Of a DNA stretch of 60,045 nt, positions 1 to 7,949 are shown piece after piece. Position 1 is the first letter of the stretch; the number at the start of each line of letters is the position of its first letter. Location of the stretch: the NCBI GenBank assembly GCA_009694965.1, contig SIBV01000002.1, positions 1 through 60,045 of the forward strand. The letters run 5' to 3'. The notes below the pieces were generated by a model. That model had not been told where the DNA came from and searched no databases. It saw only the letters and a list, made by a program, of their open reading frames with translations. Position numbers and translations under genes: made by a program. This DNA comes from Candidatus Zambryskiibacteriota bacterium. GTDB lineage: Bacteria > Patescibacteriota > Minisyncoccia > Phycocordibacterales > DATDWN01.

Positions 1-67
1 CATAGAGATTACGCCTGCCAACATCAAATGGATAGGCATATATGAATTTTACTTTAGGTATTTCCAT
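1..67 (-). CDS. partial CDS, N-terminal 22 codons only (runs off left edge), product unknown
   Basis: Minus-strand ATG at 65-67 opens MEIPKVKFIYAYPFDVGRRNLY with no stop before position 1. Too short to assign. Confidence 0.25.
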   Translation of the reverse strand, partial: MEIPKVKFIYAYPFDVGRRNLY

Positions 68-104
68 ACCAAAAGTATACCAGTTCTTTCGTCAAATCAG
101 TACA

Positions 105-138
105 CAAAAAAAGAACCATATTTCTATGGTTCTTTTTC
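105..138. terminator. hairpin terminator, usable in both directions
   Basis: Perfect 9-bp stem agaaccata/tatggttct (112-120 / 125-133), loop tttc, with an A-run before and a T-run after. Lies downstream of the 283-1098 gene. Confidence 0.55.
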
Positions 139-282
139 GCTGCTCCGGATCGTAGAGGCTATTAGAACCTGGATTCAGATGAATACGGATAGCTTTTATG
201 TACCAGTTCTAAATTAGAGGGGGTGGGGGCTATAGAGAGGGGTAGGAGGAACATTCTCGGATTGATTTGGGTTTTGTTTACT

Positions 283-1098
283 TTAATAATTTTTATAAAA
301 ATATAAATTTACTGAAATGAGCGAAAACATAATAAATGAACCAACAAATGCTAGATTATATAGTCCAAATTGAATCGCACTTAAAGCATAAGAAAATGCA
401 AATACAGTGTAAATCATTATCGGTATAAGGAAAATGGGTTTGTTTAAAGGTAAAAACTTTTGAGGATAAAAATATTCAAACAATCGAAATGTGGCAGTAA
501 CAACTATAGTAACGATGAACCAACCGACAAAATTTCCCAGGGGCACTCCAAAATAAGCTCCTCCATGTAGCCAAACCCATGCCCCAGCTTTAACTTGGAT
601 AGGATCCATAAATAAATCTATGGTTGTGACGGTCAAACCATCTCCTACTATAAGCATAGCCAATAAAAACAATGCGGGGTTATTTTTATTTGGTTTATTT
701 TTATTAAACCAATACAAAAACGAATTTGTAATAGAGTATCCTAAATAAATAAAGAATATCCAATATAGGATTATTAGGAAAGGAACTCCAAAAACTAGTT
801 GCATTTTTAAGTTATAAATATACTCTCCTCCAAAAAATGTACCAGAGGAGAGGCCGTAGATTTCAAAAAATAACCCCATCAAACTTGCAAGAATAATAAA
901 AAATAAATTTCTGGGAATACTTAGTGTGTGAAAGGCATATAAAATTAATACAAAAAGTGGAAGATAGGTCGGAAGGATTATTCTGAAAAGGGAATTGTTA
1001 AAGAGTTGAAAATGAAACAATATACCAAAGATATTAAGTAAAGCCGTAAACAAATAAAGGTAAAAAATATACCAAATAGTTTTTTCTTCATTTTTCAT
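283..1098 (-). CDS. polytopic membrane protein, carotenoid-biosynthesis-protein-like (DUF422 / Caroten_synth type)
   Basis: 271-aa ORF with many hydrophobic segments. GTFFGGEYIY and FGVPLGNFVGWF resemble the family signature motifs as I recall them. Confidence 0.65.
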   Translation of the reverse strand: MKNEEKTIWYIFYLYLFTALLNIFGILFHFQLFNNSLFRIILPTYLPLFVLILYAFHTLSIPRNLFFIILASLMGLFFEIYGLSSGTFFGGEYIYNLKMQLVFGVPFLIILYWIFFIYLGYSITNSFLYWFNKNKPNKNNPALFLLAMLIVGDGLTVTTIDLFMDPIQVKAGAWVWLHGGAYFGVPLGNFVGWFIVTIVVTATFRLFEYFYPQKFLPLNKPIFLIPIMIYTVFAFSYALSAIQFGLYNLAFVGSFIMFSLISVNLYFYKNY

Positions 1099-1542
1099 AT
1101 TTTTATTTACTAATAATAAGTAAATTGTACCACTTATATAATAAATTTAATGTTAACCTATCTAATTAACTTATCCTAATTATATTCACACGCGTGATCA
1201 TCAGCCCAAACACAACCTCTTACTGTTTTATTGCTTTCAACTAATTTTTCTATATCTTTTTCTGTTGTCTCAATTATTTACGAACTTCACACAAAACTCC
1301 GTTTTGTTCCGCAACGCAAAAAACGCCTTTCAGCGTTTTTCTTGCTCGCTTGGAGGGATAACTTACGAACTATTAAATGGGAGGAAGTCTTTCCTTATCC
1401 TAGTGTTTCAATACAACAAATCAATCAATTATTGGCTTTACAACGCTAGTGTGTGGACTAGTGGCCACCTGTTGCTACTTGTCATTATTTACCTTGTAAG
1501 ATAAAGTTAATAAACTAATTTAGTTATTAATTCTAATAAACA

Positions 1543-2886
1543 ATGAAAATAGATAATTTTAGGACATATGATGAGTTGCCAGAGGAAGAAAGAGGTAAAT
1601 ATAAAAAAATAAGTAAAAAAGGTGACTTTGTTGAAGTGACCGCAATTGAAAACATTGAGGTGGCCCACAGAATAGCAAATATCGAAAATGAGACCTTCAA
1701 TACTTTAAATGAAATGATTAGACAAAGTGGTATTTCAGTTGAAGAGATAATAACAAAACTTGAAAACAAAAATCTACCGTATGATGAAAAAAACAGAATG
1801 CGTGAACTATTGTTTCAAAATGCCGATCTACAAAGAATGAGAGGTCAGCCTATAGACACAAGAATTGAAGATATTCTGAAAAAGACTTATACAAACCTAA
1901 GTTACTCAGACCTTTTAAAAGATAGACTAAAAAAAGAAGTCGAGGTTGGAGATGCTGAAGTCATTGGGGAACTATTAAAAGATGAAAAATTCAGAGCAGA
2001 TTGGACTATTTTAAAAAAATTAACAAATGACGATGAGCGAAAACTGGCATTTAACATATGTAAAGAACGAATAACTTCAGCCTGTTCAGTTATTGATGTC
2101 GTACAAGATATAGATTTAGCATTAGAAATGTATCATGAAACACTAGCTTATGCGGATGACGAATCGCACTCTGACCGCTACAATCTAGAATCTGCAGGTG
2201 GAAAACTCGCCAACAAATTATTCAACTCTGGCGCAATTGAAAGGCTTGTTGATCTGGTAAGATCCGGTACTTTTAAGTTGTCTTATTGTAAGGATTTTAT
2301 ACATAAATTTGGGGACAAGCCAGATATTATTGTTGAAATGGTAAGAAACTCAAGTTCTTTTGATGACATATCACACGCCATAAAGTTTGTGGTTGACTCA
2401 GAACTAATAACACAGCTTTCAAAAGATAGTAATGGTTTTAAAAAGTTGAAGCCGGATGAAGTAGAAAGAGTTTCTAAATACTTGGAACAAGTTGCAGCCG
2501 CCCTTAATGCTGAACCAGAAATAACAACTTTAGCCGATTTAATAGATGATGAACCAGATCAATACCATGACTTAATGCAGGCGAAAAATAAGTTCGTTGT
2601 AGGAATACAAAATGGTAAATACGTTATCGCTTGGAGTAATGTGAAAATACACGAATACCACAAAGATATTTTTGCTAGAATTGGTAGGGTTGATGTTAAA
2701 AGTGGCGGTTATATTAGTTTGAATAAAAAAGATGGAAAGATAGCAATAAGAATGGAGCAGTCGAGTGGGGATTTCGGTGTTTATAGCAGAGAATTGTTGG
2801 AACACTATCGTACTCAAATAAAAAAGGCTCTAACTGATGCTTTAGGGACCGAAGAAATAGAGTTGGATATTCAAGTATCCCGTTAG
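1543..2886 (+). CDS. hypothetical protein, 447 aa, no family recognised
   Basis: Long uninterrupted ORF with backbone-like AT-rich composition. Acidic and helical, no motif recognised. Confidence 0.7.
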   Translation: MKIDNFRTYDELPEEERGKYKKISKKGDFVEVTAIENIEVAHRIANIENETFNTLNEMIRQSGISVEEIITKLENKNLPYDEKNRMRELLFQNADLQRMRGQPIDTRIEDILKKTYTNLSYSDLLKDRLKKEVEVGDAEVIGELLKDEKFRADWTILKKLTNDDERKLAFNICKERITSACSVIDVVQDIDLALEMYHETLAYADDESHSDRYNLESAGGKLANKLFNSGAIERLVDLVRSGTFKLSYCKDFIHKFGDKPDIIVEMVRNSSSFDDISHAIKFVVDSELITQLSKDSNGFKKLKPDEVERVSKYLEQVAAALNAEPEITTLADLIDDEPDQYHDLMQAKNKFVVGIQNGKYVIAWSNVKIHEYHKDIFARIGRVDVKSGGYISLNKKDGKIAIRMEQSSGDFGVYSRELLEHYRTQIKKALTDALGTEEIELDIQVSR

Positions 2887-3040
2887 TTAATAATACATAC
2901 ACTGTAATTCCGCTGTGGCCAACCAGGCTGGCTTTCCGAACTTGTGAAGTGGGGTAATGAGATTGGTTTGAGTATAAAATGTTTAGAAGCAATGATACAA
3001 GCAGCTCCGTTGGATAGAGGATGTTAGAACCTGTTTTAGA

Positions 3041-3077
3041 TAAAAAGAAACCCGCCTCCGTAAGGATTTGGGTTTCT
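3041..3077 (-). terminator. rho-independent terminator of the 3098-3325 gene
   Basis: Minus strand reads gaaaccc-N16-gggtttc followed by ttttt. Confidence 0.6.
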
Positions 3078-3097
3078 CGGTAGAGACAGATTGGTGG

Positions 3098-3325
3098 TTA
3101 TCTGTAAGCCAGAAAAGTACCTTCGTACTTTCCTTGGTTGTATTCGTCAGCACAGGTAACCAAGTTCGGAGATTTGAACTTCTCCGAGCAAGGTGCCTGC
3201 CTCTCTGTCGTCGTTGCTCGTACGAAATTGTGTGTCCAACCGAGTGACGCCTGATACCAAGCGCCTCCGACAATGGTGCACACAAGAAGTGCAAGAATGG
3301 TTGCAAGCTTCTTACCGTTGGGCAT
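3098..3325 (-). CDS. small secreted or membrane-anchored protein (75 aa), GC-rich island A
   Basis: GGAGA SD 10 nt upstream of the ATG at 3325 (MPNGKKLATILALLVCTIVGG...). N-terminal hydrophobic anchor, two Cys in the mature part. Has its own promoter and terminator. Confidence 0.6.
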   Translation of the reverse strand: MPNGKKLATILALLVCTIVGGAWYQASLGWTHNFVRATTTERQAPCSEKFKSPNLVTCADEYNQGKYEGTFLAYR

Positions 3326-3348
3326 AGATATTTGTTCTCCTGTTTTCA

Positions 3349-3377
3349 ATCATATCACGACATAAGTACGATGTCAA
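3349..3377 (-). promoter_or_regulatory. sigma70-type promoter TTGACA-N17-TATGAT
   Basis: Minus strand: TTGACA (3372-3377), 17-nt spacer, TATGAT (3349-3354). The -35 starts 7 nt after the tRNA 3' end. Confidence 0.55.
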
Positions 3378-3383
3378 GTTTTG

Positions 3384-3697
3384 CTCCGCGGGTAGGGATC
3401 GAACCTACGACCAGTCGCTTACATTTGTTCCAAAGTTGCCTTTGGCATGGACTATATCATTATCCCTCTTGCGAGTAGGATATGGGGCGCTTCGCCTACT
3501 CACTTTCGTGACGGCTACTCTCTTTCGAGATAGTCTCTACACCTTCCCATGATTTTACTTGCTGTATTATCTTGGGCTTGGCTCGGGATTGTCCACATGG
3601 GAGTTCCCCGAATTCACCTCATTTTTCATCCTAAATTACTTTAGGAAGCTGCTGTACTTAGCAACAGGCGACTGCTCTACCACTGAGCTACCGCGGA
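3384..3697 (-). tRNA. tRNA-Asn(GUU) interrupted by a group I intron in the anticodon loop
   Basis: Exon 1 (3664-3697): TCCGCGG TA GCTCAGTGGTAGAGC A GTCGC CTGT. Exon 2 (3384-3421): TAA GCGAC TGGTC GTAGGTTCGATCCCTAC CCGCGGA G. Joined, they give a full cloverleaf with a 7-bp acceptor stem, loop CUGUUAA and discriminator G. CCA is not encoded. Confidence 0.85.
3422..3663 (-). ncRNA. group I intron (IC3-like, tRNA-intron type), ~242 nt, no ORF
   Basis: Contains GAATTCGGGGAAC, CCCGAGCCAAGCCC and GGGAAGGTGTAGAGACTATC. These closely resemble the J3/4-P4, P6-P7 and P7-P3 cores of the Azoarcus and cyanobacterial tRNA introns as I recall them. Ends in G (...ACAAATG). Splice sites are ambiguous by 1 nt. 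Confidence 0.75.
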
Positions 3698-3816
3698 ATG
3701 CTGTATTTATTTTAATCAAATAAACACATAAAGATGATACCAAAAACGGTAAAGAATGCAATTATGAGAGCTTTTGTTATACTTACTTATTCAAAGAAAA
3801 ATAATATAATAAAAAT

Positions 3817-4140
3817 ATGGATCTATCAAATAAAAAATGTATACCTTGTGAAGTAGGTGGAGTTGCTCTTAAGCCGGAAGAAGTTGCAATATTTTCTAGT
3901 GATCTTTTAAATTGGGAAGTTTTAGAAAATAAGAAGCTTTTTAGAAAATTTAAATTTAAAGATTTTAAGGAGTCAATAACTTTTGTAAATAAAGTGGCAG
4001 AAATTGCAGAAAAAGAAGGACATCACCCAGATATTGGTATAAATTACAATGAAGTAAATATTGAATTAACTACTCATGCGGTCGGAGGACTTACAGAGAA
4101 TGATTTTATTTTGGTGAGTAAAATAGATAAGATTATTTAA
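3817..4140 (+). CDS. pterin-4-alpha-carbinolamine dehydratase (PCD/DCoH)
   Basis: 107 aa with an EGHHPD motif and typical PCD length and layout. Confidence 0.85.
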   Translation: MDLSNKKCIPCEVGGVALKPEEVAIFSSDLLNWEVLENKKLFRKFKFKDFKESITFVNKVAEIAEKEGHHPDIGINYNEVNIELTTHAVGGLTENDFILVSKIDKII

Positions 4141-4312
4141 TACAAGGTGGAACCTTGTATTGGAATTCAAAATAAACTCTAGACTTTCTATATAATTTAT
4201 TTTATAAAAAGATTTCCACAGATTTTGAGTAGTTTTGAACAACTAATCCACAGGTTATTAACTGATTTCATTCACTTATACTCTTGACTCTTCATTTTAG
4301 AGCGAGATAATT

Positions 4313-4408
4313 ATGTTAAGCAAATCCTTGAAGATAAACTCTAATATTCAAAAACGTTTCGTTTATATCGAGAATTATGAACTCGAATTAGAAACAAAAA
4401 TTATATAA
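4313..4408 (+). CDS. possible 31-aa micro-ORF (MLSKSLKINSNIQKRFVYIENYELELETKII)
   Basis: TTGACT-N18-TAATTA ends directly at the ATG (leaderless-like). A plus-strand terminator follows at 4445-4486. No homology recognised. May instead be a small RNA. Confidence 0.2.
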   Translation: MLSKSLKINSNIQKRFVYIENYELELETKII

Positions 4409-4444
4409 AAGTAGTTTCCTCTTCATAAAAAGGATGAGCTGTTG

Positions 4445-4486
4445 AAACCAAGGCCCTTTGTGATTCACGGGGGCTTTTGGTTTTTA
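4445..4486 (+). terminator. rho-independent terminator
   Basis: aaaccaaggccc ... gggggcttttggttt followed by ttttt. A T-run is present only in the plus direction. Confidence 0.5.
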
Positions 4487-4505
4487 TTCATAATTTATTA
4501 AAGAA

Positions 4506-5174
4506 TTAATCCTTCATCATAAAACCCACTCCACGAACAGTGTGGACTAATGGTTTATCACCTTTTCTGTCTATCTTTGTTCGTAAGTAACGAATATGCA
4601 CGTTGAGCTCGTTGTTTGATTCCTTGAATTCTGGAGTCCAAACATTTGCGATAAGTTTTTCTCGGCTTATTGCCTCTCCTTTGTGAGTGAGCAACATGTT
4701 AAGAATTTTGTATTCTTTTGGTGTGAGATTAATATATTTTCCAGATCTTGTAACCTCATGTTTTATTCTATCCAAAACAAGGTCTTCTATTTTCCAAACA
4801 TCTGAATCTGTAGTCTTTCTCCTGCGTAAGATCGCCCTTATTCTTGCAAAAAGTTCTTGTATATCAAATGGTTTTATCATGCAATCGTCTGCGCCAACAT
4901 CAAGAGAATTAATTTTATCTTTTGTATTTTCATTTGAAGTAAGCATTATAATTGGAGTATGAATATTGCTTGATCGAAGCTCTTTACATACAGCAACTCC
5001 GTCCTTCTTTGGAAGCATAATGTCCAAAATTATAAGCTCATAAGTATTCTTTCGAGCCTTTACTAAGCCTTCCTCTCCGTCATAAGCCGTATCAACAGAA
5101 TAACGCTCCCCCTTTAGGGTTTTTTTAAGTATGTCTGATAGTTTTTTCTCGTCTTCTATAATTAAAATTGTCAT
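4506..5174 (-). CDS. OmpR-family two-component response regulator (receiver + winged helix)
   Basis: ILIIEDE...DLIILDIMLP...MLT...K receiver motifs and a C-terminal trans_reg_C-like LTPKEYKIL...VHIRYLRTKI. No histidine kinase is adjacent. Confidence 0.9.
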   Translation of the reverse strand: MTILIIEDEKKLSDILKKTLKGERYSVDTAYDGEEGLVKARKNTYELIILDIMLPKKDGVAVCKELRSSNIHTPIIMLTSNENTKDKINSLDVGADDCMIKPFDIQELFARIRAILRRRKTTDSDVWKIEDLVLDRIKHEVTRSGKYINLTPKEYKILNMLLTHKGEAISREKLIANVWTPEFKESNNELNVHIRYLRTKIDRKGDKPLVHTVRGVGFMMKD

Positions 5175-5401
5175 ACCATATTTATATTTCCCCTTTTAGG
5201 AAATTGCAAGGGCTTGATTAATTATATATTAACACAATACTTCCCTACCTCCTTGACTATGAAATCAATAAGGTTACAACTGTTAAATTAACATTAAATA
5301 ACAAAACACGCGCCCGCACGAAAAGCTGGCACGTGTTTTCTGTATGTTATAATTGGTTTATATAGGAAAAAACCTTTATCAAAATTGCTCATCATAAAAG
5401 T

Positions 5402-6259
5402 GTGGGGGTGGTCGCTGTAATACTTATATTGAGTTCTTTTGGTTACGCAGGATATTCATTTTGGTTAATACAAAAACAGTATCTAAATTCCGAAACAAAA
5501 GTTCTGAATTTGGAAAATGGCCTCTCAGTTTCACAAAAAAATCTTTCTGAGCTTAAATCCGAGTATCTAACAACGCTTGAGCTTTTAAAAAACGAAAAAC
5601 AAACTAACGCTTACTTTGAAGAAAAGATAAATACAATCTCAAGCACTGTGGGAATTTTGGAAAAACTTAGCAAAATAGATTCAGAACTTTTGAAAAAATA
5701 CTCTAAAGTATATTTTTTGAATGAAAACTACATACCACCTAGATTAACAGATATTCCAACCAACTATCTGTATGTAAAGGACAAACCATTACAATTTCAT
5801 GCAGATGCCTATCCCTTCTTGCAAAAATTACTAGACGCTTCAATAACTGAAGGTGTTCCGATTTTAGTAATATCTGCTTATAGATCATTTGGCACTCAGG
5901 CTTATTTAAAATCTAGTTACAAGGTAACTTATGGAATCGGAACTGCCAATAAATTTTCTGCGGATCAAGGTTATTCTGAGCATCAGTTAGGGACGACTGT
6001 GGATTTTACTACGCAAGTAACAGGATCGAATTTTGTGGGTTTTGATAAAACAGATGCCTACAAGTGGCTCTTAGCAAATGCTTACAAATACGGATTTGTA
6101 ATCTCCTACCCAAAGCAAAACACTTACTATTCATTTGAACCTTGGCACTGGAGATTTGTAGGAGTAGCACTTTCAGCTAGGCTTCAAAATGAAAACTTAA
6201 ATTTCTATTTCTTAGACCAAAGGGAGATAGATCAAAATCTAGTTAACCTATTTGATTGA
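5402..6259 (+). CDS. D-alanyl-D-alanine carboxypeptidase, peptidase M15B / VanY family, N-terminal TM anchor
   Basis: SAYRSFGTQ, SEHQLGTTVDF and PWHWRFVG motifs. The GTG start is uncertain. Confidence 0.8.
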   Translation: MGVVAVILILSSFGYAGYSFWLIQKQYLNSETKVLNLENGLSVSQKNLSELKSEYLTTLELLKNEKQTNAYFEEKINTISSTVGILEKLSKIDSELLKKYSKVYFLNENYIPPRLTDIPTNYLYVKDKPLQFHADAYPFLQKLLDASITEGVPILVISAYRSFGTQAYLKSSYKVTYGIGTANKFSADQGYSEHQLGTTVDFTTQVTGSNFVGFDKTDAYKWLLANAYKYGFVISYPKQNTYYSFEPWHWRFVGVALSARLQNENLNFYFLDQREIDQNLVNLFD

Positions 6260-6260
6260 T

Positions 6261-6300
6261 GTTCAAACAAAAACCCCAGAATTGGGGTTTTTGTTTGAAC
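6261..6300. terminator. bidirectional hairpin terminator
   Basis: Perfect 18-bp stem gttcaaacaaaaacccca / tggggtttttgtttgaac between convergent genes. Confidence 0.7.
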
Positions 6301-6321
6301 CTTAAATCAAAACGATTTAGA

Positions 6322-6537
6322 TTACATTTGTGAACCTGACATGCACTCCTTGCAATGTGACTTGTGTGTAAGTGCCAAATAAAGTGCTGAAAGTCCAACT
6401 AGAACGTAAACAACCATAACAACTGCTGGCCATGAACCTAGGAGGGACTCTACTAGGTTATAACCAAATGCTACTAATCCCCAGTTTAGACCTCCAACTA
6501 CCAATAAAACAAATGCAACCATATGTAATGATTTCAT
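6322..6537 (-). CDS. DUF378 family small membrane protein
   Basis: 71 aa with the GGLNWGLV signature and two TM segments. Confidence 0.8.
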   Translation of the reverse strand: MKSLHMVAFVLLVVGGLNWGLVAFGYNLVESLLGSWPAVVMVVYVLVGLSALYLALTHKSHCKECMSGSQM

Positions 6538-6550
6538 ATAAAATTTTCTT

Positions 6551-6688
6551 TATCCGCACACCAACTTTAGTATCGTTGCATTGTGTCAAAATATAGATTT
6601 ACTATCTATATCTTTTTATCTTTCATTACTCTATTTATTAATGACAGAAGCAACAGAAGACACAATACTAAAGTTGGTGTGCGGATGT
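6551..6688. repeat. L-family long hairpin element, copy L1 (termini TATCCGCACACC / GGTGTGCGGAT)
   Basis: ~35-nt arms tatccgcacaccaactttagtatcgttgcattgtg / cacaatactaaagttggtgtgcggatg around an AT-rich ~65-nt loop. Confidence 0.8.
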
Positions 6689-6749
6689 ACTTAATTAATA
6701 ACAAGTACATTATACCAAAAGAAAATCAAATAATCACGAGCGGACTGTG

Positions 6750-6889
6750 TATATCCGCACACTAACTTTTACATCATTTTTGTTGTAAATTTAATATAAC
6801 CAGTAAGTTGAGCTTAATTTCCATACTAAAAATATGGATAATTTACTATTAAAAAATAAGACAATGTAAAAGTTAGTGTGCGGATATAC
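6750..6889. repeat. L-family long hairpin element, copy L2
   Basis: Arms atatccgcacactaacttttacat / atgtaaaagttagtgtgcggatat. The termini are conserved and the inner arms differ from L1 but stay complementary. Confidence 0.8.
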
Positions 6890-6981
6890 TTTGAATCAGT
6901 TTTAAAGTCCTTAAAGTTCATAAAGTAAAATGCAGAAATGCATCCACTTTAAAAACTTTACAAACTTTTAACTTTATAACT

Positions 6982-7524
6982 TTATAACTTACTACCCCCC
7001 GTCTTATTTTGTTGAGCGAATATAATCTTGCGAACGTTCTCAGGGTGCCTCACAGAATTCATATAAAACTCAGTACTATCTTCACTCGCTGTTTGTACTT
7101 TAATATTTCCAAATCCTAAAAAAGTAGATATAAAACCGTGTATGTCTATCGTCACATCTTGGATTTTATCAAATCGAATATTAGAAACTACTCGATCAAA
7201 TATCCTCTTCTGATCGATCACAATAATACGCTTTTCTGTAACATACCAAACATCTAGGTAATATATTGTCCAATCAAGAAAAAATAAAATCCAGAGGCTA
7301 AGTAGCCACAAAATATACAGAAACAAAAACAGTGCAGAGACGTTTCCAGGAATATCAAACTGTGGAAGACTTATCTCAAACATCTTAGCAATTGTAAATA
7401 GTATAAACGGTAACAAAGCAGAAAATAAAAGTGCAATTGCTTGCCCAAAGAATACAATCCAGTGCTTTCTAACTTCAAATATGACACTTTCTCCTTCTTC
7501 TAAATGTAGTTGTTTGTATGACAT
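6982..7524 (-). CDS. membrane protein with bacterial PH domain (bPH_2 / YdbT-like)
   Basis: Two TM segments followed by YYLDVWYVTEKRIIVIDQKRIF...IQDVTI. Start moved to the ATG at 7524, 4 nt after the upstream stop. Confidence 0.7.
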   Translation of the reverse strand: MSYKQLHLEEGESVIFEVRKHWIVFFGQAIALLFSALLPFILFTIAKMFEISLPQFDIPGNVSALFLFLYILWLLSLWILFFLDWTIYYLDVWYVTEKRIIVIDQKRIFDRVVSNIRFDKIQDVTIDIHGFISTFLGFGNIKVQTASEDSTEFYMNSVRHPENVRKIIFAQQNKTGGSKL

Positions 7525-7528
7525 ACTT

Positions 7529-7777
7529 TTAATAATAACTAATGGCAAGTCCAGCAAAAACAAACAAGACTAGTGACACAAACAAGAAAAGGGTCTCAGC
7601 GACTAGTATTCCTGGATTTCTCATGCCATAGGCAGACCAGTGATAAACCAGAACTGAAGTAATAACAACATAAACAATAGAAAATAGAGCCAAAACGACA
7701 ATTAGTCCGGTTGTATTAATAAAAAAAGAAAGAGAGATGCTTGGGAAATTCGGCATTCCAAATGATGGTAATTCCAT
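7529..7777 (-). CDS. small hydrophobic membrane protein (82 aa)
   Basis: ORF with 2-3 TM segments, directly upstream of the PH-domain gene and probably co-transcribed. Confidence 0.5.
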   Translation of the reverse strand: MELPSFGMPNFPSISLSFFINTTGLIVVLALFSIVYVVITSVLVYHWSAYGMRNPGILVAETLFLFVSLVLFVFAGLAISYY

Positions 7778-7781
7778 AGAT

Positions 7782-7922
7782 TTATCCGAACACTAAATCT
7801 GGCATAGTTGCATGGTCTCTATTTTAAATTTCTAATATTAATCAAACTCTCACTAAATAATACTTTTGTGATTGTTTAATTTAGCAACATAGAGACAATG
7901 CCAGAATTAGTGTACGGATTTA
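7782..7922. repeat. L-family long hairpin element, copy L3 (diverged termini ATCCGAACAC / GTGTACGGAT)
   Basis: Arms tttatccgaacactaaatctggcatagttgcatggtctctat / atagagacaatgccagaattagtgtacggatttat. Confidence 0.75.
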
Positions 7923-7949
7923 TTATACCAAATAAAAGAAAAATATCAC

